DNA of 63,992 nucleotides, filler included, from Candidatus Babelota bacterium (GTDB taxonomy: Bacteria; JAGOBX01): the NCBI GenBank assembly GCA_017999075.1. It is 12 parts of 12 records of this genome, joined end to end, with 100 filler letters (N's around TTAATTAATTAA, not from the genome) between each part and the next. Parts side by side here need not be neighbours in the genome. Positions count along the whole stretch, not along the records: positions 33,035 to 38,342 come from JAGOBX010000284.1; positions 38,443 to 43,731 come from JAGOBX010000285.1; 10 more parts are not named here. One strand, 5' to 3'. Position numbers and translations under genes: made by a program. Under the pieces are notes generated by a model, which ran no database searches, was not told the origin of the DNA, and was given only the letters and a program-made list of their open reading frames with translations. Each line of letters starts with the position of its first letter. Within the stretch, counting starts at the first letter, position 1. Positions 33,584-41,774 of the stretch are shown here, piece after piece.

Positions 33584-34678
33584 ATGAAAAAAAAAATAAA
33601 ATTTATATTCAGTGTTTTAATAAGTTTAATATTTTTATATCTTTCAATGAAAGATGTACAATTTTCCAAAGTATGGGAATCACTAAAAAAAATGAAATAT
33701 TATTATATAATTTTTGTAGTTTTAATAAGTTATTTATCCTATGTAATAAGAACCGTAAGATGGCAGATATTGCTTCATCCTTTAAAAAAAACAAGTTATT
33801 CCAATTTATTTCCTACTTTATGCGTTTCATTTATGCTTCTTATAATCTTACCTGCTCGGCTTGGTGAATTTGCCAGAGCATATCTTGTAGGGGTGAAAGA
33901 AAATATAAGTAAAACCGGCGCATTTTCCACAATTGTAGTTGAAAGAATTCTTGACGGATGCATAACAGTTTTATTGTTTATACTTGCCGTATTCTTGTCT
34001 GTGGAAAGTTCTAATATTTTAATTACTCAAATTTCTCCTAAATCAGAATTTATCCAAAAAATTTTCAGTTTATTTGCTTCAAAAACAACTATGCCTGATG
34101 GAAAAACAGTAATAAACTTCACTTTAATAAATTTTATTTATTATGTTTCTTTTTTCTACGGAGGAGCTTTATTATTTGTAATATTTCTTAAAATATTCGG
34201 CACTAAAATGATAAATTTTTTAATTTCCGTCTTATTTTTTATTCCGGAAAAAATAAAAAAAATTTTATCTCAATTTCTGAATTCTTTTATAATAGGCTTG
34301 AATTCTCTGTCAAATTTTAAATCAATATTGTTTTCTTTGCTGTATTCAGTAATTCTTTGGTTGCTTATAGGAACTATGAATTATATATTCCTTTTAAGCT
34401 TCGGCATAGAATGCAGATTTTATATAGCTTTTATAATTCTCGGATTTATGATACTTGGAGTTATGATTCCTGCTGCTCCAGGGTTTATCGGAACATATCA
34501 TTGGGTTATTATGCTTGCCTTTAAATTTTATCTTCCTGAAGTCGATCCTAATGTTGCTGCAAGTTATGCATGGGCAGCATGGTCAATAGGAACAGTATTT
34601 GCACTCGCAATAGGATTTTATTATTTTAAACGGGAAAACCTTGATTTAAAAGAACTTCAAAACAGTTCAAACAATTAA
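33584..34678 (+). CDS. Lysylphosphatidylglycerol synthase TM-domain / flippase-like membrane protein
   Basis: RTVRW, LPARLGEFAR, VERILD, PAAPGFIGTYH. Confidence 0.88.
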   Translation: MKKKIKFIFSVLISLIFLYLSMKDVQFSKVWESLKKMKYYYIIFVVLISYLSYVIRTVRWQILLHPLKKTSYSNLFPTLCVSFMLLIILPARLGEFARAYLVGVKENISKTGAFSTIVVERILDGCITVLLFILAVFLSVESSNILITQISPKSEFIQKIFSLFASKTTMPDGKTVINFTLINFIYYVSFFYGGALLFVIFLKIFGTKMINFLISVLFFIPEKIKKILSQFLNSFIIGLNSLSNFKSILFSLLYSVILWLLIGTMNYIFLLSFGIECRFYIAFIILGFMILGVMIPAAPGFIGTYHWVIMLAFKFYLPEVDPNVAASYAWAAWSIGTVFALAIGFYYFKRENLDLKELQNSSNN

Positions 34679-34740
34679 TTATTTTTTAATCAACAATCTG
34701 CTCGGATAAAACGAAAGACAGCGCCCCGCCAAAATACGAT

Positions 34741-34773
34741 TTTACCGGTATCACAGATTGTGACACCAGTAAA
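34741..34773. repeat. 33-bp imperfect palindrome upstream of the tRNA promoter
   Basis: TTTACCGGTATCACA-GAT-TGTGACACCAGTAAA: 13 of 15 arm positions complementary; both mismatches are G-U on the minus strand. Confidence 0.8.
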
Positions 34774-34818
34774 TTGATAATGAAAAACAGTGAAAACTGA
34801 TGAAAATAAAAAAACAGA

Positions 34819-34847
34819 TTGACAAAGAACAACTGATTAAATATAAT
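34819..34847 (+). promoter_or_regulatory. Consensus sigma70 promoter of tRNA-Lys
   Basis: Perfect TTGACA-17 nt-TATAAT, 70 nt upstream of the tRNA. Confidence 0.85.
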
Positions 34848-34860
34848 ATAAAAACTAACT

Positions 34861-34886
34861 CAAACCCTTGATTTTTCAAGGTTTTA
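34861..34886. promoter_or_regulatory. Inverted pair of IHF-consensus-like sites
   Basis: Minus strand AATCAAGGGTTTG is an exact WATCAANNNNTTR match; plus strand TTTCAAGGTTTTA has one mismatch. Confidence 0.45.
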
Positions 34887-34917
34887 GTGATTTAATACTG
34901 AATTATTCTTTATAGCC

Positions 34918-34990
34918 GGACCGCTAGCTCAACTGGCAGAGCAACGGACTCTTAATCCGTAGGTTCTGGGTTCGACTCCCAGGCGGTTCA
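34918..34990 (+). tRNA. tRNA-Lys (anticodon CTT), CCA not encoded
   Basis: Acceptor GGACCGC/GCGGTTC, D-arm GCTC/GAGC, anticodon arm ACGGA-CTCTTAA-TCCGT, T-arm CTGGG-TTCGACT-CCCAG. Confidence 0.97.
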
Positions 34991-35061
34991 CTGTTTTAAC
35001 CTCATTTTTTTCAGTTAGTTATAACTATTTTTCTGAAAATATTTTAGACCCAGAAAAATTG

Positions 35062-35081
35062 AGTACCAAAAAAGTACCAAA
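35062..35081. repeat. Tandem 9-bp direct repeat, candidate integrase arm-type binding sites
   Basis: AGTACCAAA at 35062 and 35073 (11-bp period), between the tRNA and the integrase stop codon. Confidence 0.6.
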
Positions 35082-35103
35082 GAATTAGGGATTGAAGTTT
35101 AAA

Positions 35104-36243
35104 CTATCCGAGCAGTAACATTTGATTTTTCTCAACTGGTTTATCGCAATCCGGGAAAGTTAATTTTTTAATAGCTTTATGCATTGTGGGAATATCTTGT
35201 TTCAAATAATGTTTCAATGACCCCTTCGGTAATTTCCCAATCAGAAAATTTATCTGTGTTTCAGTAACGCCAGCTTTTGATAGCTCCGTGGCGAAGGTGT
35301 GGCGCAAATGATATGGTGTATATTTGGTTGAAATATCCTTGAATAACTTCGACATCCGATAAAGCATATTCGAGCGTTCATATTCATATTTTAAAATATA
35401 GCCTGTTCCGTCTTTATCCAAGATTGCTTCAAGTTCGGGATGAATCGGAATGACAGTTTTATCTCTGGAAGATTTATCTTTATTTTTTGATTCTTGCACA
35501 CTGAAACACCTGACACCGTCTATTACAACAATATTTTCATAAGTTAAATTTATCGCGTCGCTTGACCTCAGACCAGTCAAATATAGAAATTTGCAATATA
35601 GAAATAACGATTCATCTTTCTGTTTTAATTGTATAAATAAATTTTTTAAATCATCGCTGTGGATAGGTTCTCTTTCATTTTCTGGAGTATTTTTTGGTAG
35701 CCTCACATTTTTAAACGGGTTCATATCTCTATATCCGAGTTCGACTGCTAAATTTAGAATATGCCGGAGAACTAAACAGTATTTCCGAATTGTAGATTGC
35801 GCATTTTTATCTTTCAAGTTAAATTTATATTGTTCTATATTGATAGAATTTATATCTTTAATTTTATAATCGCTCCAATGTTTAATGATATTATCCAATA
35901 AACTTTTATCTTTGTATTTGGTTTGCATATACAGAGATTCATATTCTTTTTGAACGAATTCTTTCAGCGTAGGATTTGGTTTTAATATCGAATCGATGGA
36001 TTCGCCGTTCTTTAATTTCGTTTCCAGTTCTAAAGTGAAATTATAAATTTTATTCATTATATTTAATGGTATATCATAAGCCACGCCTGATTTATTTTTC
36101 AGTTGACAAGACGGTTCTTCCGTTGAATTTTTCGGTATGTAAAAAGTTTTTCGGATTGATTTCTTTTGATTTTCAATTCTTATAGTGACTTCAACGCGCT
36201 TTATTCCACGATAATCGATAGCAGGATAAAATTCAGTTTTCAT
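35104..36243 (-). CDS. Tyrosine recombinase/integrase (copy 1)
   Basis: SAM-like domain (AQSTIRKY..NPF), TGLRSSD, YHLRHTFAT, LIGK, C-terminal Tyr (LKHY); adjacent to the tRNA. Confidence 0.93.
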   Translation of the reverse strand: MKTEFYPAIDYRGIKRVEVTIRIENQKKSIRKTFYIPKNSTEEPSCQLKNKSGVAYDIPLNIMNKIYNFTLELETKLKNGESIDSILKPNPTLKEFVQKEYESLYMQTKYKDKSLLDNIIKHWSDYKIKDINSINIEQYKFNLKDKNAQSTIRKYCLVLRHILNLAVELGYRDMNPFKNVRLPKNTPENEREPIHSDDLKNLFIQLKQKDESLFLYCKFLYLTGLRSSDAINLTYENIVVIDGVRCFSVQESKNKDKSSRDKTVIPIHPELEAILDKDGTGYILKYEYERSNMLYRMSKLFKDISTKYTPYHLRHTFATELSKAGVTETQINFLIGKLPKGSLKHYLKQDIPTMHKAIKKLTFPDCDKPVEKNQMLLLG

Positions 36244-36340
36244 ACTTTTATTACTCGGTTTAAATTATTGTCTTAAAATAATTATCATTTACATAATCAG
36301 CTACTATCTTCTATTTATATATTTTTGACAACTGAATTTT

Positions 36341-36364
36341 TTTATAAGCCAGTCAGCTTATAAA
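36341..36364. promoter_or_regulatory. Perfect 9-bp inverted repeat between the divergent integrase and cargo genes (operator candidate)
   Basis: TTTATAAGC-cagtca-GCTTATAAA. Confidence 0.45.
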
Positions 36365-36482
36365 CCAAAAAAGAGGCTTAAATAATAATTGCTAAGAAAT
36401 TCAATTGATAAAATTTAATTGTTTCCTTTGAAAAATATAATATAATCGCGTTTTATCATATTAAGGTAATTAGTGGTATTTT

Positions 36483-37079
36483 ATGGTTACAAAAGAAAAA
36501 CAAGTTTATCAATTTAAAATTACTCTAACACGAATTAAACCTGTAATCTGGCGTAGAATACAGGTTCAAGAGCGATACACCTTTTGGGAATTACATTGTG
36601 CTATACAGGATTCAATGGGCTGGACTGACAGCCATTTACATATGTTTAATATAAAAAATCCGAATACTGGAAATAAAGAAAATATCGGAATATATAAAGA
36701 TGAATACTCGCCGCCAAATATGTTATTTGACTGGATGGAATATATAAAAAACTGGTTTACGATGGAAAATAATACAGCAATTTACGAATATGATTTTGGA
36801 GATTTTTGGGAACATATAATTGAATTGGAAAAAATATTGCCTGCAATACCAAAACAGAAATATCCTGTATGTATCGGCGGAGAAAATGCCTGTCCTCCAG
36901 AGGACGTTGGCGGAATAGGCGGGTATGAAGAATTTGTAAAAATCATTTATGATTTTCAACATCCGGAACGTCCTGAATATTTACAGTGGGTAGGTGGTAG
37001 ATTTATTCCTACGGAGTTTAATTCTACTTCAATTAAATTCACTAAGCCCGGGCATAGATTAAATCGCTTATTTGATTAA
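36483..37079 (+). CDS. Plasmid pRiA4b ORF-3 family protein
   Basis: IWRRIQV, LHCAIQDSMGWTDSHLH, YEYDFGDFWEH, CPPEDVGG. Confidence 0.93.
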   Translation: MVTKEKQVYQFKITLTRIKPVIWRRIQVQERYTFWELHCAIQDSMGWTDSHLHMFNIKNPNTGNKENIGIYKDEYSPPNMLFDWMEYIKNWFTMENNTAIYEYDFGDFWEHIIELEKILPAIPKQKYPVCIGGENACPPEDVGGIGGYEEFVKIIYDFQHPERPEYLQWVGGRFIPTEFNSTSIKFTKPGHRLNRLFD

Positions 37080-37119
37080 AACAGGCGGTTTAGAAAAATA
37101 TTATAAAGACCAGTTAGGG

Positions 37120-37154
37120 AAAAAAAGACGCAGAGCAGTTAAACTCTGCGCCTT
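37120..37154 (-). terminator. Intrinsic terminator downstream of integrase copy 2
   Basis: Minus strand GGCGCAGAG-loop-CTCTGCGTC followed by T7. Confidence 0.8.
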
Positions 37155-37166
37155 ATGTAATTATGA

Positions 37167-38342
37167 TTATCCTACTAATGCTAGATTATTTTCTTCCGGC
37201 TCAAACTCCTCGAACTTCAATTTTTTTATAGCTTCATACAAAGTACCAATATCCCTTTTCAAATAATTCTTAATTGAACCTTCCGGCAATTTACCGAGTA
37301 AAAAATTTATATGAGTTTCAATTACATTTGCTTTCGATAACTCTGTGGCGAATGTATGTCTGAAATGATACGGTGTATAATCTGGACAGATTTTTTTGAA
37401 TAAGCGACACATACGATAAATCATATTTGAACGAGAATAGGGATACTCAATGACATAATCTTTTCCGCCCGGTTTTAACATTTCAATTAACGCCGGATGA
37501 AGCGGTATAATTGTTCGTCCTCTTGTCGCTTTGTCTTTATTCTTCGACTCACGCAAGCTAATACATTTTATACCGTTTATAATCGTTATATCGCTGTATT
37601 TTAGATTTATAATATCACTCGACCGGAGTCCTGTTAAATATGCAAACTTGCAATAAATGTACAAATGCCAATTAACTTGCTTCATCTTATAAAATAATTC
37701 CGGCAACAACTCAGATTCAATATTTTCGCGCTCTTTTTCTGGTTTATTACTGGGAAGTTTTACACTTTCAGCGGGGTTCTTCATAATATAATCAATACTG
37801 ATTGCGGTTTTTAAAACTAAACGCAAAATCAAGCAATATTTTCGGATTGTTGATGAAGCATAACCTTGATTTTTCATATCAACTTTGAAATGTTCAATAT
37901 CATTTGCTGTAATATCCTTGATTCGTTTATCATAAAAATAATCAACGACTTTTTCTAACTGCCAGCCATCTTTCGGATTTTTACTTAGGTAAAGTTCTTT
38001 GAAATGTTTTTCACAGAAATTTTTAATAGTGGGATTTGGCGTAATTGCAGTTTCTATTGCTTCCCCCTTTTTAAGTTTATATTTTATTTCAATCATATAC
38101 TCATAAATTTTTTCCAATATATTTAATGGTATATCGTATGAAACACCGGCTTTGCTTTTTAGCAACAATGATTCACTGCCTTCTATATTTTTTGGTAAAT
38201 AAAAAGTCTTACGGAGCAATTTAGGATTTTTTTCAATTTTCATTACTAAACTAACTCTGATAATATTTCTGCTGTCTTTTCCTGTATATAACTCGATTTT
38301 ACATTCTTTTCCCGTTTCTTCTTTTATCCGAAGATGGAAGTT
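37167..38342 (-). CDS. Tyrosine recombinase/integrase (copy 2), paralog of copy 1; 5' end beyond the contig edge
   Basis: TGLRSSD, YHFRHTFAT, LLGK, IKNY. The frame stays open upstream of ATG 38243 (CKIELYTGKDSRNIIRVSLVM aligns with copy 1 MKTEFYPAIDYRGIKRVEVTI). Confidence 0.93.
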   Translation of the reverse strand, partial: NFHLRIKEETGKECKIELYTGKDSRNIIRVSLVMKIEKNPKLLRKTFYLPKNIEGSESLLLKSKAGVSYDIPLNILEKIYEYMIEIKYKLKKGEAIETAITPNPTIKNFCEKHFKELYLSKNPKDGWQLEKVVDYFYDKRIKDITANDIEHFKVDMKNQGYASSTIRKYCLILRLVLKTAISIDYIMKNPAESVKLPSNKPEKERENIESELLPELFYKMKQVNWHLYIYCKFAYLTGLRSSDIINLKYSDITIINGIKCISLRESKNKDKATRGRTIIPLHPALIEMLKPGGKDYVIEYPYSRSNMIYRMCRLFKKICPDYTPYHFRHTFATELSKANVIETHINFLLGKLPEGSIKNYLKRDIGTLYEAIKKLKFEEFEPEENNLALVG

Positions 38343-38443
38343 NNNNNNNNNNNNNNNNNNNNNNNNNNNNNNNNNNNNNNNNNNNNTTAATTAATTAANN
38401 NNNNNNNNNNNNNNNNNNNNNNNNNNNNNNNNNNNNNNNNNNG

Positions 38444-38770
38444 ATAACGAATTCGATATTCAAATCTTCAAATATTGAATATACTGTTAACAGCATCAAT
38501 GATTATGAAAAATTTTCAGAAGTTTCATTAAATAAGATTTCAAATATCGGTACAGGAATTTATTTCAATGACAAACTCAACAAATATAAAATATTCAACA
38601 TTAACAGACCCGATGCTTATTTCAATTCATCCAATCTTGATTTCATACTTGAAAAATTCACTTCTTTAAAAAAAACATATCCCTTAGAAAAGTATATTCT
38701 TGGAAATCTGCTCGTTCTGGCGCTACTTGATTTTATTTTAATGTATTTTATAAAAAAATATTCAGGATAA
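38444..38770 (+). CDS. Hypothetical membrane-anchored protein, C-terminal fragment
   Basis: Frame open from the contig edge for 108 aa, ending in a TM (YILGNLLVLALLDFILMYFIKK). Confidence 0.5.
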   Translation: MTNSIFKSSNIEYTVNSINDYEKFSEVSLNKISNIGTGIYFNDKLNKYKIFNINRPDAYFNSSNLDFILEKFTSLKKTYPLEKYILGNLLVLALLDFILMYFIKKYSG

Positions 38771-38872
38771 TTTTTCATAAAACAAAAATGTTTCCAACCT
38801 GAATTCCCGACTTTTCTATAACTATATAAAAAAATCCTGAAAATACTGTATTTTTTGACACATTATTTTGAA

Positions 38873-39604
38873 TTATTCTTTTTTTAAAGCTTTATTTTTA
38901 AAATTTTCGTTCTGCATTATTTTTTTAAACTGAGGGTTTTCCAAAACTTCCATCCAATCATTGTCATCAACCTTTTTCATGAATGAGCGGTCATTTATAA
39001 TATCCTGTAAATTCCCTGATAAAATTCCTGAATCAGTTTCATCAGATTCTTTTGCAAGTTCAATGATTTTTTTTCTGAATTCCGGAGACTCTGCAGTCAT
39101 TTTTATTTTTTTTGCAAGTAAAACAGATTCTTTTATATAATCAGTATCCGGAAGTTTTATTGACGGCGATAGTTTCACATATATTTTCTGAAATTTAGAA
39201 GAACCTGTTTTTTTTGTAAAACCCGGTATGCAGTTCAAAATCAGCAGAATTAAATATACAATAAATATTCCTTTACCCAAACCAAACACAGCTCCTGCTG
39301 CTCGGTTGGCAAAAGTCAATTGAGCTATAGAAATTATTTTGTTTATAAAATAAGAAATAATTATTACGCAGAAATAAACAATTCCATATACAGCTATAGA
39401 GCACACGATTTTCCACAAAAAATAAGGCTGGCTGAATTTAATACAGAAATATAATGCTGCTGAATCAGCAAATAAATATGATGCCGCAGCACCCAAAATA
39501 ACGGCTGATATATTAAAAATTTCCATTATAATACCGCGTATAAATCCTGTTACAATTGTTATAAATATAATAATATATAATATTAAATCCAGGTGTTTCA
39601 GCAT
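38873..39604 (-). CDS. cvpA: CvpA family membrane protein with a C-terminal soluble extension
   Basis: LDLI..GFIRGIIME and NRAAGAVFGLGKG. Confidence 0.85.
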   Translation of the reverse strand: MLKHLDLILYIIIFITIVTGFIRGIIMEIFNISAVILGAAASYLFADSAALYFCIKFSQPYFLWKIVCSIAVYGIVYFCVIIISYFINKIISIAQLTFANRAAGAVFGLGKGIFIVYLILLILNCIPGFTKKTGSSKFQKIYVKLSPSIKLPDTDYIKESVLLAKKIKMTAESPEFRKKIIELAKESDETDSGILSGNLQDIINDRSFMKKVDDNDWMEVLENPQFKKIMQNENFKNKALKKE

Positions 39605-39613
39605 AAAATATAA

Positions 39614-40552
39614 TTATTCTGTTTTAAACATATTAATAAAAATATGAAGCAAATCTTTATTGAACGAACCTTCCATCTCATTAAGCATAATCCTGAATGC
39701 GGGAAATGAGCCTAATGCATTTTTATAACATCTACGGGTGGTTAACGCGTCAAACACATCGCAAACAGCCACCAATTGAGCTTCAAGAGGAATTTCACTG
39801 TAAGGCAGATTGAACGGATATCCTGAACCGTCAAATTTTTCATGATGATACATAATGCAGTCTAATATAATTTTTTCTTTCACTTCATGAGATTTAACAA
39901 TATTCACTCCATATAACGGATGTTTCTTCATTTCATCCCATTCGTGTTTATCAAGTTTGCCTGGTTTTAACAATACCGCTTTGTCAATACGGGATTTTCC
40001 GATATCATGAAGCAAAGCACCTTTAATTAACAACGGAATATTTTTTTCATCATATCCTGCTAATTTTGCAAAATTGGAAATAATAAGAGAAACGTTCAAC
40101 GAATGTGTAAGCGTAGAATATTCAAATTGTATAACTTTTAAAATATTCTGAAGGTTATAATCGTTATCTTTCAGCAAATCTACGGCTGTTTCAGCAAGAA
40201 TCTGAACATTATTTTTCAAATCAGTATTGTCCGGAGATTCAAATATATTGTTTATAACGATTTTAGAACTTTCATAAAAATATTTATTTTTAATTTCAAT
40301 CGACAAATCATTATTGTTTTTTAGATTGGAAATATTATTTTTTATATATTCCAAATATTTCTGATAATCGCTTGCATTAATGTATATTTTTAATTTTTTA
40401 CTCAACAAGTTCTGTTTGTGTTTTTCGGTAAACGGCAGGTTAGACGATCTGAATAAAACATAATTTTCTTCATTAAGAATATACAAATTAAAATTTGTAA
40501 TGCAATCATTAAGAAGCGAATCAATTTCAATCAGCACAAAACTATTTTCCAT
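39614..40552 (-). CDS. HD-GYP domain protein (putative cyclic dinucleotide phosphodiesterase)
   Basis: THSLNV, LLHDIGK, HHEKFDGSGYP, DVFDALT. Confidence 0.92.
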   Translation of the reverse strand: MENSFVLIEIDSLLNDCITNFNLYILNEENYVLFRSSNLPFTEKHKQNLLSKKLKIYINASDYQKYLEYIKNNISNLKNNNDLSIEIKNKYFYESSKIVINNIFESPDNTDLKNNVQILAETAVDLLKDNDYNLQNILKVIQFEYSTLTHSLNVSLIISNFAKLAGYDEKNIPLLIKGALLHDIGKSRIDKAVLLKPGKLDKHEWDEMKKHPLYGVNIVKSHEVKEKIILDCIMYHHEKFDGSGYPFNLPYSEIPLEAQLVAVCDVFDALTTRRCYKNALGSFPAFRIMLNEMEGSFNKDLLHIFINMFKTE

Positions 40553-40593
40553 GTTTCAAAATAACCTGTAATTATTTCCCTTAAAAAGATATC

Positions 40594-41742
40594 TTATTTA
40601 TAAATAAAATCAAGGCGTTTTAAAATTTCCACAGCATCGGAATAATAAACGTCTTTATCGGTATGCTCATCAATAAACTGTTTTAAGAATTTTTTTGCAA
40701 GCATTTTATTATTAATCTTATAATATAATTTTCCGATGTTGTAATAAACTGATTTTATATCAGATGTCAGATTCAATATATTTTCAAACTGTTTAATTGC
40801 TTCTTCATAACGATTAGTCAAATCATATAATTCGGCAAGATTAAAATAGGCCTGAATATGCTTACTGTCATATAAAAGCGCATTTTTATAACATTCCTCA
40901 GCTATATCAAACATCTGTTTATTGAAATAAATATATCCGATATTGTTCAGCGCCACAGAATTTGTAGGATCTTTTTTAAGCGCATCGCGGAAATAATTTT
41001 CAGATTTACCCGTATCATTGATTTTATAAAATAACAATCCTAATGCAGTGTCTATATAACCGGAAGGGTATTCTTTTCTTATTTTTTCGAGTTCTACTAT
41101 CATTTTAAACGATTCATTATTCAGCATGTCTCCGATAATTTTCACCAACAACGATGCAACATCAGCATTATCTTTATTCATTTTAAATTCTTCAAATACA
41201 TGTTCATACGCAAGCTGAATATTGTTTAATTTTAAATAAGCAAGAGCAAGATTAAAGTTTATAAGCGGTTCTTTACTATTTATTACAAGAATTTTCTTGT
41301 ATATTTCAACAGCTTTATCGATCAGGTTAAGTTTAATATACAAAAAAGCAAGATTGTTGTATGCAGGAATAAAATCAGGAAATTTTTCGTTTATTTCAAT
41401 AAAAATTTTTTTTGCGGTATCATAATTTTTCAAATTGACATAAGCTGTAGCAAGGTTATATTTAACCTGAACGTCATTTTTATTTATATTTTCCGCTTTC
41501 TGATAGTATTTCAGGGCGGTTTTGTAATCTTCCTTAATCGAATACAAACTTCCTATATTTAAATAAGCATTATAAAAACCAGGGTTCAATTTTACAGCAA
41601 TGTTATAATGTTCCAGCGCTTTATCAAAATTATAAATTTTAGTGTAAGCTACTGCAAGATTAAAATTAATTACAGGATCACCCTGATTTTCGTTAAATTT
41701 TTTAAGCCAATGATTTACAAGTTCCATTTTTTTATTTTTCAA
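40594..41742 (-). CDS. Tetratricopeptide repeat protein
   Basis: Many 34-aa repeats (AYLNIG, AYNNLA, ALNNIG, AYFNLA). Confidence 0.9.
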   Translation of the reverse strand: MKNKKMELVNHWLKKFNENQGDPVINFNLAVAYTKIYNFDKALEHYNIAVKLNPGFYNAYLNIGSLYSIKEDYKTALKYYQKAENINKNDVQVKYNLATAYVNLKNYDTAKKIFIEINEKFPDFIPAYNNLAFLYIKLNLIDKAVEIYKKILVINSKEPLINFNLALAYLKLNNIQLAYEHVFEEFKMNKDNADVASLLVKIIGDMLNNESFKMIVELEKIRKEYPSGYIDTALGLLFYKINDTGKSENYFRDALKKDPTNSVALNNIGYIYFNKQMFDIAEECYKNALLYDSKHIQAYFNLAELYDLTNRYEEAIKQFENILNLTSDIKSVYYNIGKLYYKINNKMLAKKFLKQFIDEHTDKDVYYSDAVEILKRLDFIYK

Positions 41743-41774
41743 ACTTTTAATTTATTCAATATACATCGCAAAAA

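Larger units (their letters stand above)
34980..37090. mobile_element. Putative minimal integrative element (integrase + pRiA4b ORF-3 gene) at the tRNA-Lys 3' end; a second related element begins immediately after
   Basis: Direct repeat CAGGCGGTT at 34980-34988 (tRNA 3' end) and 37082-37090, each followed by the 3' end of a minus-strand paralogous integrase. Confidence 0.6.

Noticed and set aside
34698-35115. 11-bp inverted repeat CTGCTCGGATA (34698-34708) / TATCCGAGCAG (35105-35115) flanking the tRNA, as a possible invertible segment
   Set aside because: It is short and does not extend, one copy lies in the integrase's last codons, and there is no other evidence of inversion. It may be chance.
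37072-37266. 64-aa plus-strand ORF with CxxC
   Set aside because: It overlaps the att-like repeat, the terminator and the antisense 3' end of integrase 2, and has no RBS. Likely spurious.
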